The notes beneath the pieces were generated by a model that worked only from the letters and a program-made list of their open reading frames with translations, did no database searches and had not been told where the DNA came from. Positions 1-13,411 of a stretch of 64,000 nt of DNA are shown piece after piece (position 1 is the stretch's first letter; the number at the start of each line of letters is the position of its first letter). Position numbers and translations under genes: made by a program. Source of the stretch: Octopus vulgaris (Eukaryota). Location: the NCBI GenBank assembly GCA_951406725.2, contig OX597830.1, positions 37,758,001 through 37,822,000 of the forward strand, read 5' to 3'.

Positions 1-1826
1 GGAGGGTTATCATGCATTATTTGTTCGAGATATTTTTGTCCTGCAACACAACGTGCATCAACACTAGTGTCAAGAACTTGAGTTACACTTTCTGGTGCTT
101 ACATACATATGTATAAGTACATGAGTATATGTGTGTGTATGTGTATATACATCACTAAAGTGATTGAGGGTACTAGTTAGCTCTAGCGTTCCTAAAAGTA
201 GGAGTCAAAACAACTCTTAGCTACTTATCTTATGACTGACAAGGGAGGCAAGTTCTATGACAATGAAGGCAAGCTTTAGTGACATCTATACTTCTGTCTT
301 TCGGTTGTAAATTGCAAATAAGCCACCTTTATTACATATGTGTGTGTGTATGTGTGTGCATATATATGTGTGTGTGTGTATTTAGTTAATCATATATATA
401 TATATATATATATGTATATATGTGTATATTTAGTTAAAAAACATAATAGTATATTGGGAATAAGACACGAAATTTCACGTATGTTCTCTGAATTTTTTTG
501 TTTACCAAATTCTCTTACAAGAAAATAAGTAAAAAGCTGCAGTATTACTTTGGGAGCAATACAGAATGATTTCTTTTTTTTTTTTGCTTTCTTTATATCT
601 TTGATATAATAAGCAAATCTTCGAAACACCATAGTTGGATTCCATGAAGTAATGGTCTACACTGTAGAATGTTGACACCTACGTTGACAATCTCAACAAA
701 ATTTAAAAGAAATCTAAGCAGTGTATGAACTGATTAGGAACAATTACCATGATACGTTCCAACAAACAGCGAAGCGTAGACAAATCCCTCTCAGATTTCA
801 GACACATTGCGTATAGTTATGTATCCATAAACACTGTGGAGACTGAAATGAACAATTACTTCCTCATTATCTAGAACCCAACGTTAATCCGCCATATATC
901 AAAACTTGAAGGAGAACACACTCGACATGAGCGGAGAAATGTGTTGTATTGCTCAGCAATTGAAAAGGATAACATAATGATTAATTATCTACAGACGAAT
1001 TTGAAAATTGTTTAATAACAAGTGTATATTAAAGTAAATATTTAGAAAATGTCTAGAAACCAGAACAGTTTACAGTTTCCAACGAAGCCAACTAGTATAT
1101 AAGAAGCCTATACGTGTCAGACAGCACTTAGAAGAGGAGTAATTTATATAAATAAACGCTGTAAACAAAATTAAAACTGAATTTGCATTATAACAAAGAG
1201 ATGCCCAAAATCTAATACTACTAAGCATTGAAGAAATGTACAAATGGACAACTCAGTATGGCTCAAACAGTTGGTTTTATATTTTACCGATTTGTGCACA
1301 TTCTGAATCCTCTCGCCAGCAACGACTTAACATACATCAAAGTAAAATGTAGGGTATGAATAGTTTCTGTTTTCAAATGAGAAATAACAATAGTAGCGTT
1401 AAATATGGTGATTAAAAATATGTTAGCTGTCAGCTTATATAATGCTGAACAAGCAGGACAGGAAGGTAACTCCGACAGTTTTTGTATTCTTACTGAATAT
1501 AAACGGAGATATAGTCTCTACCATTACCTTCATGGCTCTGTGTTAACTAGTGCATAATGTAAAAATGATGTAAATAAAATAACATAGACATTTCAGGGAA
1601 GCTGATAAAAAATAGACACAAACAGTGATGAGGTTACTGAGTACAATATTTCTCGATATTCAGAGGTAGCCAAAACAGAATAAGTATTCCCTTTATATGA
1701 GGCCTGCATATGCACACACTTACGATAGAGTATCCCTGCAGAAGAAACAATAATAGGGCGATTTGTTATTCAGCCGCACTGTTACAGGAAGCAACCAAAC
1801 CGCTCTTTGAGTATTACATATGCATA

Positions 1827-2020
<194 letters not shown>

Positions 2021-2629
2021 TGCCTCGACCCGCATCTTCTACATAAATACACGTCTAAACATCTCAACGACAAACTAGATACGACGGATGATTTAGTTCA
2101 ATAATCGAGAACCACTACTATTCCATTTAACAGTTTAATAAATAAAAAAGCTGCTAGACATTTCAAGAAGTTTAGTTATCCCTTCCTTCAGTTATATTCA
2201 TGATTTTGATTGTAATAATAATAATAACAATAATATTGTTTATTTAAATGCAACGTTGTAAATACTTATGTTGAAACATAATAGCCAACTTATATTATAT
2301 TGTTTTATATTTGACCGGGAAATTTGCGTCACAGTCACAAATTCGATATCTGAGTCCACCTCACACCATTTTCAGTTAGTATATGTTATACATTTGCGTC
2401 GATCCAAACCCACTTGATAAAATAGTATGGATTCGTTTCGGATATTTTTCTGTTGAAATAAAAAAAATATGTCCAAATTTAAAGCAGCGGATATAGATTA
2501 TAGATGTGTAGTTAATCAGTTGGTCAAACTGAATATTTTTTAATAGTTCTACGTTACGAAGATTATAATTATATTCTCATACAAACTTATAGCAATGTTG
2601 TAATTTCATAAATAGCATTATTAAATATT

Positions 2630-2865
2630 CATTTCTTTATTGCCCATAGGGCGATAAACACAGAGGGGACAAACAAGGGCAGACAAAAGGATTTTTGTCG
2701 TTTACATTGACCCCAGTGCGTAAGTGGCACTTATTTAATCGACCCCGAAAGGATGAGAGGCAAAGTCGGTCTCGGCAGAATTTGAACTCTGGACGTAATG
2801 GCAGACAAAATAACGCTAAGCATTTCTCCCGGCGTGCTAACGATTCAGCCAGCTCGCCGCTTTGA
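2630..2865 (-). mobile_element. Full-length tRNA-derived SINE (family A, tail type 1) with 14-bp TSD
   Basis: Minus strand has an A-box-like GAGCTGGCTGAATCG, B box GAGTTCAAATTC and central GCCTCTCATCCTTTCGGGGTCGATTAAA domain. Flanked by direct repeat CATTATTAAATATT at 2616-2629 and 2866-2879. Confidence 0.9.
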
Positions 2866-3732
2866 CATTATTAAATATTAAGCTATGAATATGATTTCTC
2901 TTTCTATACATGAGCTTATGAATAATTTATGATATATTATTATTATCATTGTTAATACAATTGTTGCTGTTATTTTAGTAATTGTGTTTTGGCGAGAATG
3001 AATACGTTCCAAAATACAGCGAAGCGTAGACAAATCTGATTACTGTACTTACAGAAACTTATTTAATATTGAATCATTACGCTTTGATGCTTTTGCATAA
3101 CCTCCAGTTTAAAGAGAGAAGAAAATATTTTGTATCTTATAAAATGCAACGCTTATTATACCTGAGAACTAACATGTCATCTCTATCTTCTGGTCCCCAA
3201 GAATTTCGGACATGGTTTCCAAAGCTTTATGAGCAATACCTTAAATTTTGTAAATAAAATAAGCGGAATAAGTACTGCTAATAAGTGTATAAGTACATAG
3301 AAATGTCTGCACCTCGCAGAAATATGAACAATTTCTCTAATTGCGGCCAACTGCAAGTATGACATCGAGTGTGATGTCTTATTCCAATGTTACTCGTTAA
3401 ACCTAATTTGTAACGAATAATCAAGAGTCATTACAAAGAAAAATTACAGAGGTTTGTACATATACGTCAGAAAATATTTTGCTTCCTTTTCTAAGTGTTT
3501 CCTCCTAGAAAAGTCAATAGGACAAGTGGTGTAATACAAAGGCATGTATTATCAGTGTATCTTTCAAGCAATCATTGAACTAAGACCGGTGTGATATATG
3601 AAATGGCTAGCTGTCAATCATTAGTCAATTGCTTCCAAGAGCACACAGTGGGTTTTTACGTCCTAGGTACTGACAAGGCGATAGATCAAATTTCTGTGCG
3701 GCACACATGCTAAAAATCTAAAACCAAAACAG

Positions 3733-3942
3733 AATGGTTTCAAATTTTGGCACAGCGAATTCGAGAAGGATTAAGTCGATTACATTGACTCTAGAATTTA
3801 ACTGGAACTTAATCTTCTCGACCTCGAAAGATAGCAGGCGAAGTCAACCTCAGCGGAAGTCGAACGCAGTACGTAAAGACGGACGAAATGCCACTAAGCA
3901 TTTTCTCAGGCGTGGTACTGATTCTGCCAACTCGCCGCCTTA
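3733..3942 (-). mobile_element. SINE family A copy, diverged, tail type 3
   Basis: Colinear by eye with 2700-2862 (GTCGATTACATTGAC...AAGTCAACCTCAGCGGAA...CTAAGCATTT...CTCGCCGCC) but with a different 3' tail. Confidence 0.8.
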
Positions 3943-4852
3943 ACCCCCCAAAATATTGGATATTTGAAGACAAAGGTCGCAATCAAAATAAAAGGTGAGT
4001 TCAAGATAGATCTGTACAACGAGCTGGAGCACCCAGTGTTATGCCTTCAATTGAAACATGTCGAGAGCTAGCAAGGACTTTGAAGTGATTACACTATCTA
4101 TCTATTTATCTATGTGTTTGGTAGTGCGTGCGCATGCGAGTGTCTGCATTTGTCATTCACATATTTTAAATAATAAATTTATACACACTTTCACGCCCTT
4201 GTATAACATTTGGATTTTATAAAGTTGTCTGTTGTCTAGCATCACGCAGTTTTTGTCCTTTGCGAATGACACATTTTGATCGTTAAAGAAATTATTATTA
4301 TTATTATTGTTGTTGTTGTTGCTTTGGTTGTTGTTGTTGTTGCTGTTATTGTTGATATTATTCTTGAGCAATATTTGAGAACTTTTTCTTGAGCATAGTT
4401 CTTTGTTTTTAGGTGGTTGTTTTTGTTATATTCACGTTTTGCTTTGCTTTTTAATTGTTGGTGCATTGAGGCTTGGATAATGCTTCAACTTTTGAACGTT
4501 TAGCTTGATGGACCATATTTGTTATAAAGGAAAAGAACATTATACAAATATTACAAATATATTTTCTCACTACCGTTTCCCTATTCAACCCATCAATAGA
4601 ATCCATAATTAATTTTAAAGACTTAAGTGAAAATTGCTATGTGATATTTCATCAGAACTGATCCTGTTGACTCAATAAATGTTAAATAATTAGGTTTTAG
4701 TGCTTGCCGAACTTCATGAATTATACATCAATCTGCTATTTCTTTAAGTGATATTATCTGATGCACGCTCAAAATCATTTTGATTTGTCATAAAAATAAA
4801 ATTTATTGCGCATTTACTGAATCAGTTGCTTTTATTATTATTATGATACACT

Positions 4853-4902
<50 letters not shown>

Positions 4903-5424
4903 GAGTGAAGGAGCAGCGCATGCCTTCAAAATGACACTGTAATACAAATATATGAAGCCCTATATACCCATCATGACTACCCTTCGGATAAAGGTATACT
5001 AGGCACAAGCATTACAACAATATGTGCGTGACATAGTAATCGCTTATCATGATAAACAGCGCATGACCTTGGAACTTGGCCCCAGTTAGAATTTTAATCA
5101 GGTGCAGTAGCCCATCCAGCTCAAAAGATTCCTGCATAATGTTTCCGGTGGTGAATTATTCAAGCCACAAAGAATTCCTCTCAACACAAGGCTATGATGA
5201 TCCCACACTACTTCTGCTCGTCATCAAAGATGCACATATTGTCAGCCACTAAGGGAGATGCTCAACTGTTTAAGCGCTACCAACTGAAAGCATACCTGTG
5301 GTATTTAGCAGAACATTTGCTGCAGCCCATATTTTATACCAAGACAAAACAATGTACATGATAAAACTTCCAGTCAATTAAGATCAAATTCCATTAGAGA
5401 CATGGGCTGGCACTGATAAGGGTA
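4903..5424 (-). mobile_element. Non-coding retroposon (family D) embedded in an (AAT)n microsatellite
   Basis: About 520 bp of complex sequence bounded on both sides by (ATT)n. Its left-hand 80 bp recur at 10211-10290, again inside (ATT)n. Orientation is inferred from the (AAT)n tail. Confidence 0.65.
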
Positions 5425-5611
5425 TATTATTATTATTGTTGTTGCTATCATTATTATTATTGTTGTTGTTGTTGTTGTTATTATTATTATTATTATAATT
5501 AATATTGCTGTTGTTGTTGTTGCTGTTCCTATTATTATACTTATTATTATAATTAATATTATTATTATTGTTATTATCACTATTATTAATGATGATGATG
5601 ATGATAATGAT

Positions 5612-5687
<76 letters not shown>

Positions 5688-5841
5688 GTAATAATAATAA
5701 TAATACAAGATAGCATAAAGTTAATAATGATTATAATAATGGTACAAATAACAATGATAATAATGATAATAAAAATAATTATCATTGTTGTTGTTGTTAT
5801 TATTATGATTATTATTATTGTTATTATTTGTATTATTATTA
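5425..5841. repeat. Compound (ATT)/(GTT)/(AAT)/(GAT) trinucleotide tract with orientation switches
   Basis: Direct reading. Similar tracts at 7945-8222, 9305-9420, 9912-10098, 10290-10380, 18163-18312, 41752-41870. Confidence 0.95.
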
Positions 5842-7446
5842 CTCAGTAGCTGTTTTAGAATTTATTTCCTACTCTATAGAACACAGTTCTGCAGCACTTA
5901 CATATAATGGGAATACCTGGATGTTGTTGGTATTTATTTATGGTTTTATCATTCCCACATAGCCTTTGATATAAGTGTAATTTTTCATTTTCAGGTACTA
6001 ACTTTATTCTAATCCAACTTATAAAGATTTTCGTAGTTTCGTCTGAGAAATTTTGATACTGTTCAGCAATCAAAAACTATCATCAACAGCTATGTTTCTT
6101 ACACTTAGGCACCTGATTTGCAAAAAATGCTTTATGTATTTGAAAACAACTCCGTTTGTTTTCGCATTGAGTGTGTCTTTCTATTTCCGATCTTTCATTG
6201 CCTTCATTGCCCATATTGCCATTTTTATTGACTCTTACTTTCGACGTTTTCTCCTTAAAATAAGCCATTATTTCATTCTATAGTATATTGTACCGTATTA
6301 AAATTCATAGACGGAAAAAAGATTTTCTGATGTTTTCTGTTGTTTTGTTGTACTAATTACCAGTTACCTGTCGTGTTATAATATTTTTATACGATTCGTG
6401 ACTTCGTATATTAGTTGCAAATATAAAACTTGTAAGTTATATTGCAGATGTTCTATACGAAATACTGTCGATCGATTTTAATGCAAATACAACAATTTAT
6501 AAAAGACGTACCGCATGCGATTGGAATAGATGTAATCGACAAGACGCCTGCCCTATAATTTTAGGCCTTGTGCCTACAGTAGAAAAAAAATTTACAATAG
6601 TATCGTTGTGTTGTTTTTCTTTTTTAATTGTTGCCGCTGTAGTTGTTGCCGTTTTCGTCGTTTTGTTCTGGTCGACAGTGTTTGTTGTGTTCGTCTTCTT
6701 ATCGCTGCTACGACTGTTGGTGCGTCTGGCAGTGAAGAAAGTTGCCACACGCAGATTTCTGGCGGATTCAGGTTTAAACCTTTGAACTTAACATTTTCTA
6801 TTATCTATCGCTCAAAACACTTAAGTAGAAAATTCAATTATGCTGCAGGGCAGAATAACAGAATAAGAAGCTTCTCTCGGTGCAGACGTAACTGTAACGT
6901 TAGTATTTATTCTCTGACGATCTGCAAACGGACAGAATGTGTCGACGCAGCAACAACATTAGATATGTTAACCGCTCCTTCCAGAGCACCACTGCAGCAG
7001 TTACTTAACACCCGGAGCCGATGAAATGAGAATGAAAGATCGCAAGATAACGCTCCTAATAGTCATAACCTAATGTCTTGCGAGGTGACACGGTATGGAG
7101 GAGAGAGTGTGTGCAAGGCCGTCGCCGAAATTCAAAAATTACAAAAAAACAACATTAAATACGTCCTAGAGGAGCCACGGAAAATTAATTGAATCTTGGA
7201 CCGCCATGCAAATCACTGTCGTAAGACATCGTTCTAATCAAAATTAAACAGCAAACATGTTATCTGAAGCGCATGATGTGTAGATTTGAAATGAAGGGTA
7301 GGATATAAGATACTGCAAAGTATTGTTAACACAAACACCTAATTAAAGCAAACTAGCATTTTATCAAAGAACACATGGGAATTTTCGAGATGATGTGGTG
7401 AATTTTGAGTCTAGTTTTAACAGTGAGCATCATCACGTTCACATGT

Positions 7447-7562
7447 GCGAGTGTGTGGCTGTGAGGTAACCAGTTGCTTCCCAACCACATGTTTCCGGGT
7501 TTAGTCCCACTGAATGGCATGTGGGCGGACAAGTGTATTCTGCTACAACCTCGAGCCGACAG
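7447..7562 (+). mobile_element. SINE family B 5' fragment
   Basis: GTGGCTGTGAGGTAA...CAACCACATGTTTCCGGGTTTAGTCCCACTG...CAAGTGT...CTCGAGCCGAC aligns with the head of 16176-16628. Confidence 0.75.
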
Positions 7563-7732
7563 CTCTATTTAGCAATGATCCTCAATATTGAATGTGTTAA
7601 TGTTTTCTATGAGGTTGTTGAACTACACTCGTATGAATGATTATTATAATTTGTTTGTACAAACCTTTGTTTAAAGATATGGATCTTGAATACAAGTAAC
7701 GTAGAATCATTTTTAGTAGTATAATAGTTTTG

Positions 7733-7765
<33 letters not shown>

Positions 7766-7816
7766 CCACTACCACCACCACTACCAGCTTCAACATCATC
7801 ATCATCAACATCATTA

Positions 7817-7943
7817 CTGCTACGCTTTGAGTTCAAATTCCGCCGAGGTAGACTTTGCCTTTCATCCTTTCGGGTCGATGAAATAATTACCAGTTACGCG
7901 CCCTTCCCCCGCAAATTTTCAGGGCCTTGTGCCTAGTGTAGAA
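7817..7943 (+). mobile_element. SINE family A, 5'-truncated, tail type 2
   Basis: GAGTTCAAATTCCGCCGAGGTAGACTTTGCCTTTCATCCTTTCGGGTCGAT followed by a GGCCTTGTGCCTAGTGTAGAAA tail. The same tail occurs alone at ~6530-6585. Confidence 0.85.
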
Positions 7944-8058
7944 ATAATGATAATAATGTTAATAATAATAATAATAATAATAATAGAAATTAAAAATAAT
8001 TAATAATGATAATAATAATAATAATAATTATTATTATTATTATTAATATTATTATTAA

Positions 8059-8092
<34 letters not shown>

Positions 8093-8151
8093 ATTATTAA
8101 TATTATTATCATCATTATTACTAGTTGTAGTAGTAGTGGTAGTAGTAGTAA

Positions 8152-8199
<48 letters not shown>

Positions 8200-8590
8200 C
8201 AATAGCAGTAGTATTATTAATAATTTAATATTTTTCGTATAATGAAGACGATCATCATCGTTATCTTCATCTTCATCATCGTACTGACCTTCTCATCATG
8301 ACTGAATTTTCTAAACATAATTTCTGAATTGTCGTTTTAGGTGCTCATAATCACATGCTTTATGAGTGTCTATGGTTTATTCATGTCTGAAGCACTAAGT
8401 TTGGTTGTTATTAATAGGAATGGAAATATTTTGTCTTTTCTGTGCAAGACATCAATGTCGTACCCTCTATCAATTTACTGCTATTAGAAATAGTCATTCT
8501 CGTGCTCATTACTTTTAATTGAATGTTTTCTTCCTCGCTTTAGCAATAAACTGAAGTCTACAATATAAGCCATGTACCTTTAAAATTTTG

Positions 8591-8670
8591 CTTAGAGCAT
8601 CTAGGTTTCCGGTAATCCATCTCAGAAGTGACTAGGCTCGACGTTGCTTAACTTCGGTGATTAGACGAAC
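8591..8670 (-). pseudogene. 5S rRNA pseudogene fragment (3' two-thirds)
   Basis: Reverse complement GTTCGTCTAATCACCGAAGTTAAGCAACGTCGAGCCTAGTCACTTCTGAGATGGATTACCGGAAACCTAGATGCTCTAAG resembles invertebrate 5S rRNA (CTCGTCCGATCACCGAAGTTAAGCAACGTCG...GGATGG...GGAA...GGTGCTGTAG, from memory). It is mutated and truncated. Confidence 0.8.
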
Positions 8671-8673
8671 GAG

Positions 8674-8900
8674 ATGGTGGAGCATGGCTTAGTGATTGTG
8701 GAGCTGGACTCACGAATCTATGATTGTGCTTTCGATTCCTGGACCGAGCGATGCGTTATGGTTTGAGTAAAACACTTCATTTGCTGTTGTCCTAGTCCAC
8801 TCACCTGGTGAAAGTGTATATTCCTGTGATGGGCCGGCATCCAATCCAGGAAAAAATAAACAGGTCTCAGAAACCGGTAATTGGCCCTAAGAGTGATATG
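8674..8900 (+). mobile_element. Diverged tRNA-derived CORE-like SINE
   Basis: A-box TGGCTTAGTGATT, B-box-like TTTCGATTCC, and TTGAGTAAAACACTTCATTT...CTAGTCCACTCACCTG similar to the central domain of 37897-38224. Confidence 0.7.
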
Positions 8901-9302
8901 AAATAACCAGTTTTAAATGTTTGATGAATATTTCATTTAAAGTCGAAAGATGATCGCTGTGTTAAATTCAACAGTAAAATATATATTGATAGAGTATTCA
9001 GTTCCTTTTAATATTTAGAAAAAAATTATATGTTATAAAAATTATTTGAAACAGGTGTCAAGTAAATAAAATTATATAATATGGATATTCTCCATTAATT
9101 TTGCAGGAATTCATAGTGTATCAGAAAATTGATTTCAGTTGCGAAATTATTACTCTCAGTCGATTCATTTCTTGAATTAACAAAGATTTTCATGTTTGAA
9201 GCGTTGACTAATTTGCTACCAGTCAATTTATGCTCATCATCCATATACCTTCCTCGAGTGAACTCGATTCTCAGTTATAACAATTTTAAAATCCTTATTA
9301 TG

Positions 9303-9382
<80 letters not shown>

Positions 9383-9427
9383 CAACAACAACAACAATAA
9401 AAAGAATGATAATGATAATAATTATAC

Positions 9428-9908
9428 TAGTTTCCCGACTGATACTTATTTTTTGATCACCAACAATAATGAAGACAAAGTCGATCTTTGCAGCATTTCA
9501 ACTCACAATTTAAAGCAAGAAGAAAAGCCGATAATCCATTCTGAAATAGGTGCAGAGCCTGGAATCTCACATCGGAGATTTCGTTGATACTATCAATTCC
9601 ATGTCTTGACAAATCCTTTATCTTATTGACAACGAAAAGTCTCAAGGAAAAGTTGACCTCAGAAAAATTGTTAACTAACACAATACAACGGAAGAAATGC
9701 TTTGAAGTATTTCTGCATTCTACCAACTCAGGACACATCGCACAGAATTTAACGAAATGAGTAAGTCGATTACAACGTCCTCAGTACTTGACAGATATTT
9801 TATTTTACCATTTTTTTTGTCGATATAAAAGTATCGGTCAAATACCGGGATCGATATAATGGCCTGCCTCTATTCATTAAATTCTAGTTTTTCTGCCTAG
9901 ATTAGAAA
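9428..9908. mobile_element. Cluster of old SINE family A fragments on both strands
   Basis: CAAAGTCGATCTTTGCAGCATTTCAACTCAC (9476-9507), AAAGTTGACCTCAGAAAAATT (9649-9669), TAAGTCGATTACAACG (9762-9777) and a plus-strand tail ending TGCCTAGATTAGAAA. Confidence 0.55.
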
Positions 9909-9934
9909 TAGTTGCTTTTGTTGTTGTTGTTGTT

Positions 9935-10075
<141 letters not shown>

Positions 10076-10098
10076 TTTATTATCATTATTATTATTAT

Positions 10099-10186
10099 CT
10101 TCTTTCAATTTTGTTTCCATTTCTTGTCGAGAGTTTTCCGAACACCTAGGGCAAGGAAACTCACTGTATACATCGCTATGTCAGTC
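10099..10186 (-). mobile_element. Probable 3' UTR end of an (AAT)n-tailed LINE (R4/Dong-like)
   Basis: 88 bp of complex sequence (minus: ...CCTTGCCCTAGGTGTTCGGAAAACTCTCGACAAGAAATGG...) running directly into a long (AAT)n tract. Family assignment is inference. Confidence 0.4.
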
Positions 10187-10210
10187 ATTATTATTATTAT
10201 TATTGTTATG

Positions 10211-10289
10211 GAGTGAGAGAGCAGTGCATATCATCAAAGTGACACTAGGGTAAAATATACGAAGCCCAGTATACCCATCATGACTACCC

Positions 10290-10290
<1 letters not shown>
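10211..10290 (-). mobile_element. 5'-truncated copy of family D
   Basis: GAGTGAGAGAGCAGTGCATATCATCAAAGTGACACT...ATACCCATCATGACTACCC aligns with 4903-4982 and lies within (ATT)n. Confidence 0.8.
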
Positions 10291-10355
<65 letters not shown>

Positions 10356-10941
10356 CATTATTATTATTATTATTATTATTAATATACATTTATTTATATA
10401 TAATTATATAATTTCGTATTTCCACATTATTATACTTTATCGAAAAATAAAATAGATTTGTAAACTCATATATTATTGCCACGCATCGTTTCTGCCGCGT
10501 TTCTATTGGTTTTGTTTTAAGTCGTGTACATTATTTAAACGAAAATTGTTTCATTCCCAAAGAAATAACATGAGAACCCCTAAGCATGTTACCCAATTAA
10601 AAAGTGTCTCAACAGGAAAGTCAAACACAAACAGTCACAATATATCTTCTATCTGCTATTAACGCATAAAGACAGTGACACGTACTAGAGGTCAGGATTT
10701 ATCTGACTTTCTAAGTTTAAAACAGTTCAAGAGTAACAATATTATACAAATAGCAATAAATAATATGATTTACTACAGCGCGGAAATAGAAAAGTAATCG
10801 AACATCCCATCTTACAAATTTACACGTTTTAAAAGAGAAAGATAAACTCAAAATTGTCAAGAAATATAATTTCGCTGGAATTCTTTAATATTTTCTTACA
10901 AAGTGATCTGGCTTAAGGGAAAGGTGACTATACAACACTTC

Positions 10942-10995
<54 letters not shown>

Positions 10996-11049
10996 ATATA
11001 TATATATATACATACATAAAATATATATATATATATACATATATATATT

Positions 11050-11082
<33 letters not shown>

Positions 11083-11096
11083 GAATATATATATAC

Positions 11097-11149
<53 letters not shown>

Positions 11150-12167
11150 TATATATATATATACATATATATATATAGATGAGTAGATAGATATAGATAC
11201 ATATGTGTTATGTATTTGTATATATTAGGAAATAACTAAATTTTTATATATGCAAATATTAGTTCTTATACACAAACGTTAACCAAGCGTCTGTCAACTC
11301 TTTAATTTATACCAAGTTTCATTGCAAATTTTAAATGAATTCATGAAATACATATAAACATGAATATATATAATCATGAACAGCAAAAATCAACGCAGCT
11401 ATAAATCTCTAATTCTATTTTCAATATTTATTTTTCATTTAAATATTTATGTATGAAAATATTACATTGCCTACAACGATAGATTTTAGATTAACATAAT
11501 CTAAAATTGCCTAATTCAGTATGGCGTTAAATATATCCTCCCGACTTTCTTTAGAATCTAACTTCAACATATCTCATTTAACTCGTTCAGTATTGATACT
11601 GATGAATAAGAAATAAAAGAGAAGTTTACCTAAAATATGCAACACTGGTAGGAAACGGAAACTGGAAAGTTAAAATAAATTGTGCAACATATGCACTAAA
11701 GCGAAAATCCGTAAACAATAATTATTACTACGAGCCGTAAAAATTAACTAATGCCCAAATAGCTGTATTATTTCATCAACATAAAAAAAACATAACATAA
11801 ATCGATAAGTGCAAAGAGTGTATGCACCTAGAAATGGAACGAAATATTCATAACAATGGCAGATGTGATATTCATCGTATGAATTTAAATGTTGATAGAC
11901 CGTTTGATGCAGACAACTCACGAATATTGTACAGAAGACTTGATTATCCGGAACAGGCATTTACCTGCCTGGGCCAGAAGATGATTAAATTATTTGCGAT
12001 GATAACGTTTATGAGCACATTCACCCACATATATGAGTAACCGTACGTATGTATGTATAGGCAAATATATGTAGAGATACAGAAGAATGTGCATATATAT
12101 ATATATATATGTATGTATACTTGTAAAACAGGGATACAATTCTTTCATTGGCCAACACACACACACG

Positions 12168-12211
<44 letters not shown>

Positions 12212-13411
12212 GGTATCACATTCAAGTGATACCATAATAACATAAACGCGGCTCTATCTCCATACTGCAAATATATAAATGCCTACATAATGTAAATAAT
12301 CATGAAACACATACACACAGAGGCATATATAGATATATAAATATATGAACATATATAATTATTATATATATATATATATATTAGGAAATAACTGTATATT
12401 CATATATATATAAATATACATACAAACATATATATGGGTATGTTTTTAAACTGACGAATATCCTTATCGGTCGGTGAGATTTTTCGTCAACAAGAAAATG
12501 TAGCGCGGGCGAGAACCACCGAATTTTTATATATACGTTTAATAAGTATCTCACAAAGATATACCTGGTAATCAAAACCGGTATATGCATATGTGCATAC
12601 GTACGAACTTCTACGCACATACCTGTATAGACACACACGCATCTCCCCCACAAGCCCCTGCCCCCCACATACATATACACATATACATATTTTGCATACA
12701 TAATGCATACCTACATACATATGTAAGGATATATGTACATACTTAATCTTATCTTATGTTTCAAAAATGTCACATCAATATACATATCTAAATATTTAAA
12801 TGTAATCATATGATACAATTTATACGAATTTGTTTGTATGTAGTTTGTAATTATGTAAGTACAATAATATTAAAATGACACACAAGTAATTTCATATAAT
12901 ACAGAATCATGCAAATCAATATAAACTGAGATGAATATTTTAAAGTCTATGGTGATTTGTAATAAAAACAATTTCACATTAATCTGGAGTGCTTCTCCAT
13001 GATTTTCTGGAGTAGAAATTTATTATAGTTAGCAATAATATTATTGAGAGGGACTTTAAAATTTTGGTCAGCTAAGCCGGAGTGTCCGATGATATAACTA
13101 ACCATAATGTCAAAGCACCTGTCAAAACTCTTCCTCTTAAAGAATAATAACCAGCCATCACCGTCCCATTTGTTTGTCATTTTCATGTCTTCTAGCTAGA
13201 TTATAGAGAATATTGTTACAAATCGGACATGCCATGCACACTCATATATACACACTGCACTTATATTCATACATATAAACACATTCGTTCTTCTGCTAGC
13301 AGAAGTATATTTAGAACTAGCTTCTAAAATGCTCTAATTATATCATCATTTACTCATCTAGTTCACTATACCGCAGTTAGTGAGTAATGTTTTACAGTAA
13401 ATTCTGCTTTT

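Noticed and set aside
5855-6283. Cluster of short non-repetitive ORFs
   Set aside because: No recognisable motif in the frames examined; probably decayed TE, cannot be assigned.
13019-13024. AATAAA on the minus strand ~390 nt after the GPCR stop
   Set aside because: The hexamer is frequent by chance in AT-rich DNA; the poly(A) site cannot be assigned without transcript data.
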